The notes: generated by a model from the sequence alone, not told the origin. 64,000 nucleotides of DNA from Actinomycetes bacterium (GCA_024276425.1 JAJRXF010000180.1:8804-72803), one strand, 5' to 3'. Positions 9,665-20,183 are shown, counted from the stretch's first letter. A program made the numbers and translations.

Positions 9665-11658
9665 GCCACAAACTCTTCCCCGGCTCGATTTTGTCCGCTG
9701 GATTGAGACCTTTTTGCGCCGCTTGGGTCTGGGTTGCCGACGGGGCAAAGTACCAACGCACCAAGTGGCGCCAAGTCCAAGGACAGCGCCTGCTCGCGGC
9801 CGTGGGCTCCGGGCTTTTTGGTCTCAACCCACCGCTCCCCATCAAGCAGTTGGCCTTGACTCTGGCTCGACCCGGAACCGCCAAAGTCGAGATCGTTCGA
9901 GTCAAGTAGGATCTGCCAACCTCCAGGCAGCGGCACACCAATTCGGTAGTCGGCTCGAGGAACCGGCGTCATGTTGAGCACACATAACACCGGCTTGGCT
10001 CCCGTCGAGATGTCCCCATGACGCAGCCAAGCCAAAACCGAGTTCTCCCCATCATCCATGATTACCCATTCAAAACCAGCAGAATCGTTGTCTAACTGAT
10101 GAAGGGCTGGCGTGGAGCGGTAGAGGGAGTTGAGGGCACCAACAAAGGTTGCAATGCCGCTGTTGGCTGGCTCCGATGCCTCGCTCCAGGCCAACTCCTG
10201 GTCATGATCCCATTCGGCATCCATGGCAAACTCTTGCCCCATGAACAGGAGTTTCTTACCCGGACTCAGCCACTGATTGGCATAAAGAAGACGGATATTG
10301 GCCAGCCGTTGCCATTGGTCGCCGGGCAACTTGGCCACAATTGACCCCTTGCCATGAACGACCTCGTCGTGGGAGAGCGGCAGCACATAGTGTTCGCTAA
10401 AGGCGTAGAGCGAACGGAACGTGATCTCGTCGTGGTGATAGCGACGATGGGCACTGTCGCGACTGAAATAAGCCAACGTGTCATGCATCCAACCCATGTC
10501 CCACTTGTAATGAAAGCCAAGCCCACCTTCGCTCGTCGGTCTGGTGACGCCAGGGAAAGCGGTTGACTCCTCGGCGATGGTGATCACATCGTGGTGATTC
10601 TTTCCGATCGTGGCGTTGAGTTGTTGTAGAAACTCGATGGCCTCAAGGTTCTCCCGACCCCCATACATGTTGGGAACCCACTCCCCTTCCTCACGGGAGT
10701 AGTCGCGGTACAACATCGAGGCCACTGCATCAACCCGTATCCCATCAATGTGATATTGCTCGATCCATGACATTGCACTAGAGACCAGAAACGACCGAAC
10801 CTCATGTCGCCCATAGTTGAAGATATGGCTCTTCCAATCAGGGTGCCAGCCCTCCTTTGGGTCTCCGTGCTCGTAGAGGTGGGTGCCATCGAAGTTGCCC
10901 AAAGCGAAGTCGTCAGAGGGAAAGTGAGAGGGCACCCAATCGAGAACGATGCCGATCCCCCGCTGGTGGAGCCGGTCAACAAAGGCCATGAACTCGGTTG
11001 GAAGCCCATGACGGGCAGTCGGGGCAAAGTAGGACGTTGTCTGGTATCCCCACGATCCGTAGAAGGGGTATTCCATGATCGGCAACAACTCGACATGGGT
11101 AAAGCCGTGTTCGTCAAGATAGTCACAGAGCGGATCGGCCAGGCCTATCCAGCGATAACTCTCGTGGGCCCCGACATGGCGCCACGAACCAACATGCATT
11201 TCATAGATGGAGATGGCTTTGTCGTGACGCTGAACCTGAGCCCGCTCCGCCAGCCACTTTTGGTCATGCCATTCATAGCTCAGATCGGTCACAACCGACG
11301 CAGTAGCCGGGGGGAGCTCGGTAGCAAAAGCCAGCGGGTCAGATCTCTCTACTTCATCACCGCCTTTGGTCAGAATGCGGAACTTATAGCGATCACCAAT
11401 TCCGGCCTGTGACACGACCCCGGACCAAATCCCCGAGTCACCCTGAGGGCTCAACGCTGAGGAGGCCTCCGCACTCCAGCCGTTAAAGTCTCCAACGACC
11501 CAGACGCTGATTGCAGACGGAGCCCAGACCGAGAATCGACGGCCGGGGTTCGCCCAACCATCGAGTGGTTGGGCGCCCAGAACCCGATGCAGCCCGGCGT
11601 GAGCTCCTTCGCCAAATAGCCATCGGTCCTCATCGGAGATCAACTCACAATCCTGCAT
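9661..11658 (-). CDS. glgB: 1,4-alpha-glucan branching enzyme (GH13)
   Basis: IYEMHVGSW, SWGYQ, DWVPSHFP, DGIRVDAVASMLY, IAEEST, LPLSHDEVVHGK; start trimmed to ATG 11658. Confidence 0.97.
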   Translation of the reverse strand: MQDCELISDEDRWLFGEGAHAGLHRVLGAQPLDGWANPGRRFSVWAPSAISVWVVGDFNGWSAEASSALSPQGDSGIWSGVVSQAGIGDRYKFRILTKGGDEVERSDPLAFATELPPATASVVTDLSYEWHDQKWLAERAQVQRHDKAISIYEMHVGSWRHVGAHESYRWIGLADPLCDYLDEHGFTHVELLPIMEYPFYGSWGYQTTSYFAPTARHGLPTEFMAFVDRLHQRGIGIVLDWVPSHFPSDDFALGNFDGTHLYEHGDPKEGWHPDWKSHIFNYGRHEVRSFLVSSAMSWIEQYHIDGIRVDAVASMLYRDYSREEGEWVPNMYGGRENLEAIEFLQQLNATIGKNHHDVITIAEESTAFPGVTRPTSEGGLGFHYKWDMGWMHDTLAYFSRDSAHRRYHHDEITFRSLYAFSEHYVLPLSHDEVVHGKGSIVAKLPGDQWQRLANIRLLYANQWLSPGKKLLFMGQEFAMDAEWDHDQELAWSEASEPANSGIATFVGALNSLYRSTPALHQLDNDSAGFEWVIMDDGENSVLAWLRHGDISTGAKPVLCVLNMTPVPRADYRIGVPLPGGWQILLDSNDLDFGGSGSSQSQGQLLDGERWVETKKPGAHGREQALSLDLAPLGALVLCPVGNPDPSGAKRSQSSGQNRAGEEFVA

Positions 11659-11700
11659 TGGGGCCAAGGCTACGTCAGTGATTCGTGGCAAACTCCCTGG
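11659..11700. promoter_or_regulatory. Back-to-back putative leaderless promoters for glgB and dusB
   Basis: Minus strand TAGCCT (11672-11667) lies 8 nt before the glgB ATG; plus strand CAAACT (11689-11694) lies 6 nt before the dusB GTG. Confidence 0.45.
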
Positions 11701-12837
11701 GTGCAAATTGGTTCGCTTCAACTCGCAACGCCGGTCATTCTGGCACCGATGGCTGGGGTGACCAATGCGCCGTTTCGGCGACTTTGCCGCCGGTTTGCCC
11801 AGCAGGGGCCTGCAACCCCGGGTGAGGCCAGTTTGTTCGTCAACGAGATGGTTTCAGCCCGAGCACTGGTCGAAGGGAACCACAAGACCGACCGGTTGGC
11901 CAGCTTCGATCCGGATGAATCACCACGAAGCCTCCAGCTCGCAGGAGTCGAGCCGAAATACGTGGGGGAGGCCGTAAGCCGGCTGGTGTCTGAAGGCCGG
12001 ATCGACCATCTGGATCTCAACTTCGGCTGTCCCGTTCGTAAAGTCACAAAGAACGGGGGCGGAGGCGCTCTTCCCTACAAACGAAAGCTGTTTGCCGCCA
12101 TCATCCACGCTGCCGTTAGCAATGCTGGCCAGATTCCCGTCACCGTCAAGATGCGGGTTGGAATTGATGATGCTCACCCGACCTACCTTGAGGCTGGCCG
12201 GATAGCGGCGGACCTGGGAGTTTGCGCGTTGGCCTTGCACGGGCGGACTGTGGCCCAGCTTTATAGCGGACAGGCCGACTGGACGACGATTGGACGGCTT
12301 AAGGAAGCAGTGCCGGAGATTCCGGTCCTCGGCAATGGTGATATTTGGGAGGCTGGGGACGCGTTAGCAATGATGAATGAAACCGGTTGTGACGGGGTCG
12401 TGATTGGTCGAGGTTGTCTTGGGCGACCGTGGCTCTTTGCCGAGCTTGCAGCCGCCCTTGCGGGCCAGCCGGTCCCCGAACCACCAACAGTGTCCGAGAT
12501 CGTTCCCGTCATGACCGAGCATGCTGCCTCCCTCCAGGAGTGGTTTGGAACCGACCGCGGAATTCGAGAATTCCGAAAGCACACCGGCTGGTACCTAAAG
12601 GGGTACCCCGTCGGGGGAAAGACTCGGGGCCTGCTCGCGAACGTTGCCAGCATGGACGAACTCGAATGGATCCTCGGAAAGATCGCCGATGCGCCACTTC
12701 CACCAGAGAACCGTCGTGTCGCTCGCGGTCACACTCGCGGACCTCAAAACGTTTCCCTCCCCCAAGGGTGGTTGGACGACCCCGACGACGACGCGCTGGC
12801 TAGTCCCGAGGGAGATTCTGCCGCATCTGGGGGCTAG
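11701..12837 (+). CDS. dusB: tRNA-dihydrouridine synthase
   Basis: LAPMAGVT, DLNFGCP, VTVKMR, LHGRT, GNGDI, GVVIGRG. Confidence 0.95.
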   Translation: MQIGSLQLATPVILAPMAGVTNAPFRRLCRRFAQQGPATPGEASLFVNEMVSARALVEGNHKTDRLASFDPDESPRSLQLAGVEPKYVGEAVSRLVSEGRIDHLDLNFGCPVRKVTKNGGGGALPYKRKLFAAIIHAAVSNAGQIPVTVKMRVGIDDAHPTYLEAGRIAADLGVCALALHGRTVAQLYSGQADWTTIGRLKEAVPEIPVLGNGDIWEAGDALAMMNETGCDGVVIGRGCLGRPWLFAELAAALAGQPVPEPPTVSEIVPVMTEHAASLQEWFGTDRGIREFRKHTGWYLKGYPVGGKTRGLLANVASMDELEWILGKIADAPLPPENRRVARGHTRGPQNVSLPQGWLDDPDDDALASPEGDSAASGG

Positions 12838-14456
12838 CGAACAAGGGCAAGAGCGGCTTCGGCCAGGGCACCAGAACCAATATCAGGGAAGATCCCAAGA
12901 ACCAGAGTTACAACCGCAGCGAGAAGCACAACCGCCAACGTTGCCGGTGGAACCTCCAACGCCCGCACCTCCACTAGGGCCAACGTCTCATCCGCAGAGT
13001 CAGCCATTTCAGTGCTAGGCGACTCCTGAACATCGAGGAACATAGCAACGACGACCCTCAAGTACAGGTATGCCCCAACCGCGGCTCCAAGCATGGCCAC
13101 GCCAGCCAGGATGTAGGCCTCGGTCCGCTCAACCTGAGCCGCCGCAGCAATGACCCGAAACTTGGCAAAAAACCCGGCCGTGAAGGGGGCACCAACTTGT
13201 CCAAAAAGCAAAACCGTGAATGCCATCGCAAGAAGTGGCTCCCGTTTGGCCAATCCTCGGTACGCCTCAATGCTGTGGTTTCCGTCTCCCTTCTTACCCA
13301 CGATAGAAATCACTGCGAAGGTACCAATGGACATGAAGGTGTAAGCCAAGAGATAAAAAAGAACCGCTCTTTTCCCTGTGTCGCCGATGGCGACTGGGCT
13401 GGCTGCGGCATACAGCCCCACCAACATGAACCCGGCGTGAGCAATCGAAGAAAAGGCCATCGTACGCTTGATGTTGGTCTGGACAATGGCCAAGAAAGAA
13501 CCAAACAGAATCGTGAAACCGGCCATAAACAAGACCAGGACTCGCCAATCCGAAGCGAAGGTGCCACCGAATCCCACCAGGAAAACCCGCATCATTCCAC
13601 CGAAGGCCGCTACCTTGACCGCCGAGGTCATGAAGCCGACGATCGGGGTCGGTGATCCCTGGTAGACATCCGGAGTCCAGATGTGAAGAGGGAAGGCGGA
13701 GACCTTAAAGCCAAAGCCAATCAACATCAGAGCGATACCGACCATGACCAGAGAAGAATCGACCGCCGGAGATAACCCGGCCGCATTCCTTCCCGTCATT
13801 GAGCCCGCGACTCCGGTCAGGGTGGTCGAACCAGTGGCCCCATAGACCATGGCAATGCCGTACAAGAAAATGGCTGACGACAAGGCCCCAAGAATGAAGT
13901 ATTTGAACCCTGCTTCCTGAGATTCGGAGCGACGTAGATGAAGGGCAGCCAGAACATACACAGCGATCGACAAAATCTCCAGGCCAAGGAAGGTAACAAT
14001 GAGATCCTCGGCCGAAGCCAGAATGACTCCGCCACTAGCCGATATCAGGAGCAGGGCGTACCACTCGGGAGACTCAAACCCCTCCCGTTCCAGATAGCCA
14101 TCCAGCATGACCGCCACCAATATCACGGCCACAGATATCAAGCCGCTTACCCAAAGGGTGAAATGGTCAACCACCAAGGCCGAACTAACCAGGTCAACTG
14201 CAGGCCGACCCCCCTGCCCCGCGACAGGGTCGACAAGACCATCAAGCCGGGCTGCAATGAAGGGAAGAAAAGCCAGGGCTAGAACGCCAGTAGCTACGGT
14301 AAACAGGGCTGAGATGTGACGCCCTCGCATGACCGGGGCAACCGAGGTCAGAGTGATCAACAGGACGCCGCCTAGGGCGAGGATAAGAATGGGTGCCAGA
14401 TAGAACCATTGGATTTCTGGAGTCGATACTGGCACTTGGGCGAAGAGCGACATCAT
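12834..14456 (-). CDS. nuoN: NADH-quinone oxidoreductase subunit N, cluster 1
   Basis: FLGLEILS, EAGFKYFILG, FKVSAFPLHIWTPDVYQGSPT, GFFAKF. Confidence 0.96.
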   Translation of the reverse strand: MMSLFAQVPVSTPEIQWFYLAPILILALGGVLLITLTSVAPVMRGRHISALFTVATGVLALAFLPFIAARLDGLVDPVAGQGGRPAVDLVSSALVVDHFTLWVSGLISVAVILVAVMLDGYLEREGFESPEWYALLLISASGGVILASAEDLIVTFLGLEILSIAVYVLAALHLRRSESQEAGFKYFILGALSSAIFLYGIAMVYGATGSTTLTGVAGSMTGRNAAGLSPAVDSSLVMVGIALMLIGFGFKVSAFPLHIWTPDVYQGSPTPIVGFMTSAVKVAAFGGMMRVFLVGFGGTFASDWRVLVLFMAGFTILFGSFLAIVQTNIKRTMAFSSIAHAGFMLVGLYAAASPVAIGDTGKRAVLFYLLAYTFMSIGTFAVISIVGKKGDGNHSIEAYRGLAKREPLLAMAFTVLLFGQVGAPFTAGFFAKFRVIAAAAQVERTEAYILAGVAMLGAAVGAYLYLRVVVAMFLDVQESPSTEMADSADETLALVEVRALEVPPATLAVVLLAAVVTLVLGIFPDIGSGALAEAALALVR

Positions 14457-16156
14457 TTGGTTGTCTCGCCTTCTGCCAGGGAAGCCTCACGGCCCTCTTC
14501 ATCGACTGAATCTTCCACTTCGCCCTCCTCCCTGGCGGCCTTTTTCTCGGCCTCCTCCAAGGCTTCGGTGAGGGTGACTGCATCGCTGGGTCGCTCGGGT
14601 ACTTGCACAGGCCCTGGCTCGATGAAACCGTCAACATTGGCCTCGACGTGGGCTACCAGTCGTTCGATCGACGGCTCGATTCGTTCCAACATTGGTTTTG
14701 GGTATACCCCCATGAATACGATCAGAACGAGTAGTGGGAGCAGAACAAGTCCCTCAGAGGCCTTCAGTTCCGGCATATCGATATTGTCGCCAGTTGGGGT
14801 GCCATGGAAGACCCGCTGATAGGCCCAAAGAAGGTACAGGGCAGCAAGAATGACTCCAAGCACAGCAAAAACGGTCCACCAGCGTGCCGCCTGGAAGCCA
14901 CCGAGCAAAATCAGGAACTCACCGGTGAAACCATTGAGGCCAGGCAAGCCAATACTCGACAGCATCACCAGGGTGAACGCCGCGGCAAAGATGGGCGCAG
15001 GCTTCTGAAGACCACCAAGTTCCGCAATTTGTCGAGTGTGTCGTCGCTCATAGACCCAGCCCACCATGATGAACAACGCGCCGGTCGAAACGCCGTGCGC
15101 CACCATCTGGAATACCGATCCAGTAAGTCCCTGGGTGTTGAGCGTGAAGATGCCAAGAACAATAAATCCGAGGTGAGCAACCGAAGAATAGGCAACGAGG
15201 CGCTTGAGATCTTTCTGCATGGTTGCCACCACGGCGGCATACAGAATGCCGACCACTCCGAGGGTCAAGAAGATCCAAGCAAGGTCATAGGCCGCTTGGG
15301 GGAAAAGATAGACGCCGAAACGGATATAGCCATAGGTGCCCAACTTCAGCATGACACCAGCCAGGATGACCGAACCAGCAGTTGGTGCCTCGGTGTGAGC
15401 ATCTGGCAACCAGGTGTGGAGGGGAAAGATGGGGACCTTCACCGCAAAGGCTAAGGCGAAAGTTAAGAAAATTAGCCGTTGAGCGGTTGTCCCCAGGGCC
15501 TGGGCCTCAGCCAATTGGGTGACGTCAAAGGTGAGCGCATTGCCAGTTCGTGAGGCCGTTAGGAAGGCAAGGCTGACAATGCCAACCAGCATCAGAGCCG
15601 AACCCGCCATGGTGTAGATAAAGAACTTGAGGGCAGCATAAATTCGGCGACCGTGACCCCAGCCCCCAATCAAGAAATACATGGGGATCAGGACAACCTC
15701 GAAGAAGACAAAGAACAACAAAAGATCCAGAGCCATAAAGACACCCATAGATCCGGCCATGAGGACCATGATCCACGCGTGGTATGCCTTGGAGTCGTGT
15801 TGGGGTACCGCGGCAAGAATGGCTATCGGAAAAAGGATCCCGGTGAGAACAATCATGAACAACGAAATGCCGTCGACGGCAAAATGCCAGTTCAGGCCCA
15901 TGCTTGTGAGCCAGGGCTCATTCACGACGAACTGGAAGCCAGCCTCAGTCTTGTCGAATGCAGCCATCATCCAGACGGCCATCGCTCCGGTAATAGTCGA
16001 ACCGGCAAGGGCAACCAGTCGGACCTCGGACTGGCGATGAGATGGAACGAGCAGGATTGCCACCGCGCTAAGCAATGGCGTGATAATGAGAGCGGGCAGA
16101 ATGGGAAAAGCCGTTTGTGCGGCCAGAACCGAACTTTGGGCTAGAGCAGGGATCAT
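14453..16156 (-). CDS. nuoM: NADH-quinone oxidoreductase subunit M, cluster 1
   Basis: FFVFFEVVLIPMY, KVPIFPLHTWLPDAH, MLKLGTYG; TGATG overlap with nuoL; acidic C-terminal tail. Confidence 0.96.
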   Translation of the reverse strand: MIPALAQSSVLAAQTAFPILPALIITPLLSAVAILLVPSHRQSEVRLVALAGSTITGAMAVWMMAAFDKTEAGFQFVVNEPWLTSMGLNWHFAVDGISLFMIVLTGILFPIAILAAVPQHDSKAYHAWIMVLMAGSMGVFMALDLLLFFVFFEVVLIPMYFLIGGWGHGRRIYAALKFFIYTMAGSALMLVGIVSLAFLTASRTGNALTFDVTQLAEAQALGTTAQRLIFLTFALAFAVKVPIFPLHTWLPDAHTEAPTAGSVILAGVMLKLGTYGYIRFGVYLFPQAAYDLAWIFLTLGVVGILYAAVVATMQKDLKRLVAYSSVAHLGFIVLGIFTLNTQGLTGSVFQMVAHGVSTGALFIMVGWVYERRHTRQIAELGGLQKPAPIFAAAFTLVMLSSIGLPGLNGFTGEFLILLGGFQAARWWTVFAVLGVILAALYLLWAYQRVFHGTPTGDNIDMPELKASEGLVLLPLLVLIVFMGVYPKPMLERIEPSIERLVAHVEANVDGFIEPGPVQVPERPSDAVTLTEALEEAEKKAAREEGEVEDSVDEEGREASLAEGETTK

Positions 16157-18516
16157 CAGGCGAACAACCTCACTACGAACCAAAGTCCAATCAAACCAGC
16201 CGAACCGCTAATAAAAAGGGCGTACTGCCGAACAAGACCGGATTGAGAAGTCTTCAACTCCTTGCCGGTGAATTGGGCGAGACTCGCCGCACCATTGACC
16301 GCTCCATCAATGAAGGTCTTATCGAACCAGGCCATCCAATCAAAGAGGGTCCTGCCCGGGCCACCCATGAACCGAGCCAGGATGGCGTCCCATGTCACGG
16401 CCAAAGCAAAGTTCTTGCTTTCTATTTGTTCCGTGTTGCCTTGGCCATGTAGGTACACCCTGAACGCTACAAAAATGGCCGCCAGTCGACCAAGAACAGC
16501 GACTACAGCCAGGAGCCACTTGGTTGAGGTTGCCGACGTCACGTGCGCCTCGTTCACAAACAGAGAAGGCTCAAGCCAGTTCCCAAGAAACTGGAGCCGT
16601 TTGGCAAAGGGCAAGTTGATAGCTCCGCCGAGAGCCGCAAGCACGGCAAGTACGACCAGAGGCAGCGTCATAGTCCAGGGAGATTCGTGAGGTGTGTATT
16701 CCTTGCGTTCGTGGTAGGACTCCGGCAACTTGTCAACAAAGGCCTCAACTTCGGGCGCCTCGGTCAGAGCGGTCACCACTGGGGACACGGTTGGCGCTTC
16801 GGTCCTTCGACTGGCGGCGCGCTTCGCCTCAAGTTGGGCCGCTACAACCAACCCCTCGGCCTGGTCAACCGCATCGTCAAGCTCAGAAACCTTGCTGGTC
16901 GCTTTGGCCAGGGCAGCCTCGGCCTTGGGGACCGACTTGTTTGCCTTCTCAACCGCCTTAACCAGCTTGTCATACCCCTCTAGGCCCTCCGAACTCTCTG
17001 CCAGGGCATTGGTGGCCTCAGCAAGACTGTTTTGAGCCTTGGTTAAAGCCTCCGTTCTCTTTGCGACATCGGAACGGGCCTTGTCCAATGCGGTTGAGGT
17101 CTCATCGACCGTCTCTGCCGCCACGAGGTGTGCCGCCTGAGCCTCCTCGGCAAACTGGTCATAGGCGAAAGCGATCTCTTCGTTGGTGACATCCCAATAG
17201 CGAGTACGGCCGAAGAACGTGAGAATGACCTGCCTGGTCATGTAAAAGGCGGTCAAGATGGCGGTAACAAACCCGACGATCCACAAGGCCGGATTCTCAT
17301 TCCAGGCCGACAGAAGGATCTCATCCTTGCTCCAGAAGCCCGAGAACGGCGGAACTCCGGCAATCGCCAACCACCCAACGATGAACGTTCCAGCGGTGAT
17401 GGGCATGAATCGGGCCAGGCCGCCCATGCGCCTCATGTCTTGTTCGCCGTCTACACCATGGATTACTGAGCCCGATCCCAAGAACAACAACGCCTTGAAG
17501 AAGGCGTGTGTGATCATATGAAAGATTGCCGGGATGTATGCCCCGACTCCGACGGCCAGGAAGAGGTATCCAAGCTGGGAGACCGTCGAATAGGCCAAAA
17601 CCTTCTTGATGTCGGTCTGACTAATGGCAGCCAGGGCGGCAACGAAAGCAGTAATGGCACCGACCCAGGCAATCATGCTTGTGGCCCATGGATCAGCCTG
17701 GGCAAGTACCGGGTTTAGACGCGTAAGCAAGTAGACCCCTGATGTCACCATCGTGGCGGCATGGATCAGGGCCGAGACGGGCGTTGGTCCCGCCATTGCA
17801 TCGGGCAGCCACACAAAGAGTGGAATCTGAGCCGACTTTCCCGCTGCGGCAAGCAGAAACAAAAGCACAATGGCTGTCGCCGCACCAGCCGTAATTGGAG
17901 AGGTGAGGACATCGACATAGCGAATCGAGCCAATCTGGTTGAACACCAAGAAGGTTCCAAGCATGAACCCGAAGTCACCAACTCGATTGGTAACGAAGGC
18001 CTTCTTTCCCGCCGAGGCGTTGGCGTCAGAGTCGAACCAGAAGGAGATGAGAAGATAGGAGCAGGCCCCTACTCCCTCCCAACCTAGGAACGTAATCAAC
18101 AAGTTGTCACCCAGGACAAGCATCAGCATGGAGGCAGCAAACAAGTTGAGATACAGGAAGAACTTGGAGAAGTTGGCGTCACCGTGCATGTATCCGATGG
18201 AGTACAGATGGATGAGGAATCCAACGCCGGTGACGAAGAGACTCATCGTTATCGACAAGGGATCGACAAGAAATCCAAGGTCGACGCTGAAGGACCCGAC
18301 AGGGATCCACGTAAAGATCTTTTGGATATAGAACCGCTCGGCTGGAGCCTTATTCAGAAGCCCGATCAGTACGACGACGGTGGAGAGGAAACTCCCCCCG
18401 ATTGCTCCGGTAGCCAGCCAACCAGCGAGCGGCTCACCCAGGCGACGGCCAAGCAACAACAGGGTCAAGAATCCGGCAAGGGGGAGGGCGGGAATAAGCC
18501 ATGCGGCCTCAAGCAT
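16156..18516 (-). CDS. nuoL: NADH-quinone oxidoreductase subunit L, cluster 1, with a ~170-aa helical insertion
   Basis: GWEGVGACSY, AFVTNRVGD, KSAQIPLFVWLPDAMAGPTPVSALIHAATMV; long Ala/Glu/Lys-rich insert between FFGRTR and PHESP. Confidence 0.96.
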   Translation of the reverse strand: MLEAAWLIPALPLAGFLTLLLLGRRLGEPLAGWLATGAIGGSFLSTVVVLIGLLNKAPAERFYIQKIFTWIPVGSFSVDLGFLVDPLSITMSLFVTGVGFLIHLYSIGYMHGDANFSKFFLYLNLFAASMLMLVLGDNLLITFLGWEGVGACSYLLISFWFDSDANASAGKKAFVTNRVGDFGFMLGTFLVFNQIGSIRYVDVLTSPITAGAATAIVLLFLLAAAGKSAQIPLFVWLPDAMAGPTPVSALIHAATMVTSGVYLLTRLNPVLAQADPWATSMIAWVGAITAFVAALAAISQTDIKKVLAYSTVSQLGYLFLAVGVGAYIPAIFHMITHAFFKALLFLGSGSVIHGVDGEQDMRRMGGLARFMPITAGTFIVGWLAIAGVPPFSGFWSKDEILLSAWNENPALWIVGFVTAILTAFYMTRQVILTFFGRTRYWDVTNEEIAFAYDQFAEEAQAAHLVAAETVDETSTALDKARSDVAKRTEALTKAQNSLAEATNALAESSEGLEGYDKLVKAVEKANKSVPKAEAALAKATSKVSELDDAVDQAEGLVVAAQLEAKRAASRRTEAPTVSPVVTALTEAPEVEAFVDKLPESYHERKEYTPHESPWTMTLPLVVLAVLAALGGAINLPFAKRLQFLGNWLEPSLFVNEAHVTSATSTKWLLAVVAVLGRLAAIFVAFRVYLHGQGNTEQIESKNFALAVTWDAILARFMGGPGRTLFDWMAWFDKTFIDGAVNGAASLAQFTGKELKTSQSGLVRQYALFISGSAGLIGLWFVVRLFA

Positions 18517-18521
18517 TGGGG

Positions 18522-18827
18522 CTATCCCTTCATCTCGGCGAAATCATCAACCGTCGCCGTCGGGTTTCGACGGAGCAGGGCAACGACGATTGACAGTCCA
18601 ACGACCACTTCGGCTGCGGCAACGACAAGCACAAAGAAAACCGCGGTCTGGCCAGCGAGATCTCGGAGCGATCGAGAGAAGGCCACGAAACTAATATTGA
18701 CCGCGTTCAGCATCAATTCGACGCACATGAACATGACCAAAGGGTTTCTCCGAACCAACAGACCAAAAGATCCAAGCGCAAAAAGAACCGCACTTAGTAC
18801 GAGATACCAGGTAGTGGTTACCTCCAC
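18522..18827 (-). CDS. nuoK: NADH-quinone oxidoreductase subunit K, cluster 1
   Basis: [20 protein letters not shown]; AAGGAG upstream. Confidence 0.96.
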   Translation of the reverse strand: MEVTTTWYLVLSAVLFALGSFGLLVRRNPLVMFMCVELMLNAVNISFVAFSRSLRDLAGQTAVFFVLVVAAAEVVVGLSIVVALLRRNPTATVDDFAEMKG

Positions 18828-18903
18828 GACAATTCTCCTTGGTCAAAACCAGAACGAGGCGCTGGGAACCTACAGTTATCAGCCCTGTTCTTCGGGAAGC
18901 CAG

Positions 18904-19482
18904 TCATCGCACGCTTGTCCCTGGCTCGTCGACCACCAGATCTTCGCCTCCCCGGTTCTTGACCAGGACAACGGCTCCAACCGTGGCAATGGTCAACAAC
19001 AGACCTGTCGCTTCAAAGGCAAAGACGTTGCGGGTGAACAGATCATTGGCTAACTGGACCACATTGGGATCGGTGGTCAGTGGCACCATCTGGGAGGGCT
19101 TGCCCGTCAGAGCGACGGCCCCCCGGTTACCTCCTGGTCCGGAGAGAAATAGGCCAGCGAGGATGACGCCGAGCAGCAGAACCGAACCAATCAGGGCCGC
19201 AGCTCGCTGGCCGGGAATCGGTTCATCATCGAATCGTTCGATCTCCTCCACGCCAAGAAGCATGATCACAAAGAGGAATAGGACAACCACGGCTCCGCCA
19301 TAAACCACGACCTGGACCAGAGCGAGGAAATGGACCTCCTGAAGGATGAAAAGCACCGCCACCCCGAAAAAGCTAGCGATGAGCGACAGTGCCGCATGCA
19401 CCGGGTTCTGATTGAAGATCACCCCGACCGCACCACCAAGGATGATGATGGCCGAGACAATGAAGACAATGGCATCAACCAT
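18904..19482 (-). CDS. nuoJ: NADH-quinone oxidoreductase subunit J, cluster 1
   Basis: NPVHAAL, QVVVYGGAVVVLFLFVIMLL, FEATGLLL. Confidence 0.95.
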   Translation of the reverse strand: MVDAIVFIVSAIIILGGAVGVIFNQNPVHAALSLIASFFGVAVLFILQEVHFLALVQVVVYGGAVVVLFLFVIMLLGVEEIERFDDEPIPGQRAAALIGSVLLLGVILAGLFLSGPGGNRGAVALTGKPSQMVPLTTDPNVVQLANDLFTRNVFAFEATGLLLTIATVGAVVLVKNRGGEDLVVDEPGTSVR

Positions 19483-20183
19483 TAGTTGTGGCCTCCGTCG
19501 TGATCGCCTTGTTCATGAACTTCAGATTCCTCAGCACGATCGACCGCTTTGTCAGCAAAGGTTTGGCCCTTCTCCGGGTGGCGAACTCCGTATCCAAGTT
19601 CGCCCGACCATCCAATCTTGTTCTGATAGTCGGCTCGACCGGCGGGAGCGGTCGCCCTCATCCAGCCAGACGTATTGTCATCATCACCCGGCCGCCAGTC
19701 TTCCCAGGGCAGAAACTGGGGCCTGCCATCATCTCCAACCAGGAGCTCGTCCTTGGTGTAGATGGCGTCCTCCCGGTTCGTGAAACTGAATTCGAAGAGC
19801 TTCGTTTCGGTAATGGCCTGGGTCGGACAAGCCTCAACACACAAGTCGCAGTGGATACAGCGCAGGTAGTTGATCTCATAGACAAACCCAAAGCGCTCCC
19901 CTGGAGATTTAGGATCATCGATCGGGTTGTCCGCACCCCGGACGTAGATGCACTTCGCGGGGCAAACTCCAGCACAGAGTTCACAGCCAATACATTTCTC
20001 CATTCCGTCTTCGTACCGGTTCAGTACGTGTCGGCCATGGGCCCGCGACGGCTTGTCGATTTTCTGGTCCTTTGGCGACGGCTTGCCGTCGCTGTTCGGT
20101 CGCCCGCCTCGATATTCGGTGCTTACCTTCTGCTTACGCGGCCACTGCCGCAACGTGACCGCAAAACCCTCCAAGTATCCCAT
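19482..20183 (-). CDS. nuoI: NADH-quinone oxidoreductase subunit I, cluster 1
   Basis: [26 protein letters not shown]. Confidence 0.96.
   Translation of the reverse strand: MGYLEGFAVTLRQWPRKQKVSTEYRGGRPNSDGKPSPKDQKIDKPSRAHGRHVLNRYEDGMEKCIGCELCAGVCPAKCIYVRGADNPIDDPKSPGERFGFVYEINYLRCIHCDLCVEACPTQAITETKLFEFSFTNREDAIYTKDELLVGDDGRPQFLPWEDWRPGDDDNTSGWMRATAPAGRADYQNKIGWSGELGYGVRHPEKGQTFADKAVDRAEESEVHEQGDHDGGHN

Noticed and set aside
12820-12837. C-terminal GG of DusB (and of ORF 54921..55331) as a ubiquitin-like conjugation tail
   Set aside because: No beta-grasp domain; a terminal GG alone is weak evidence in Gly-rich proteins
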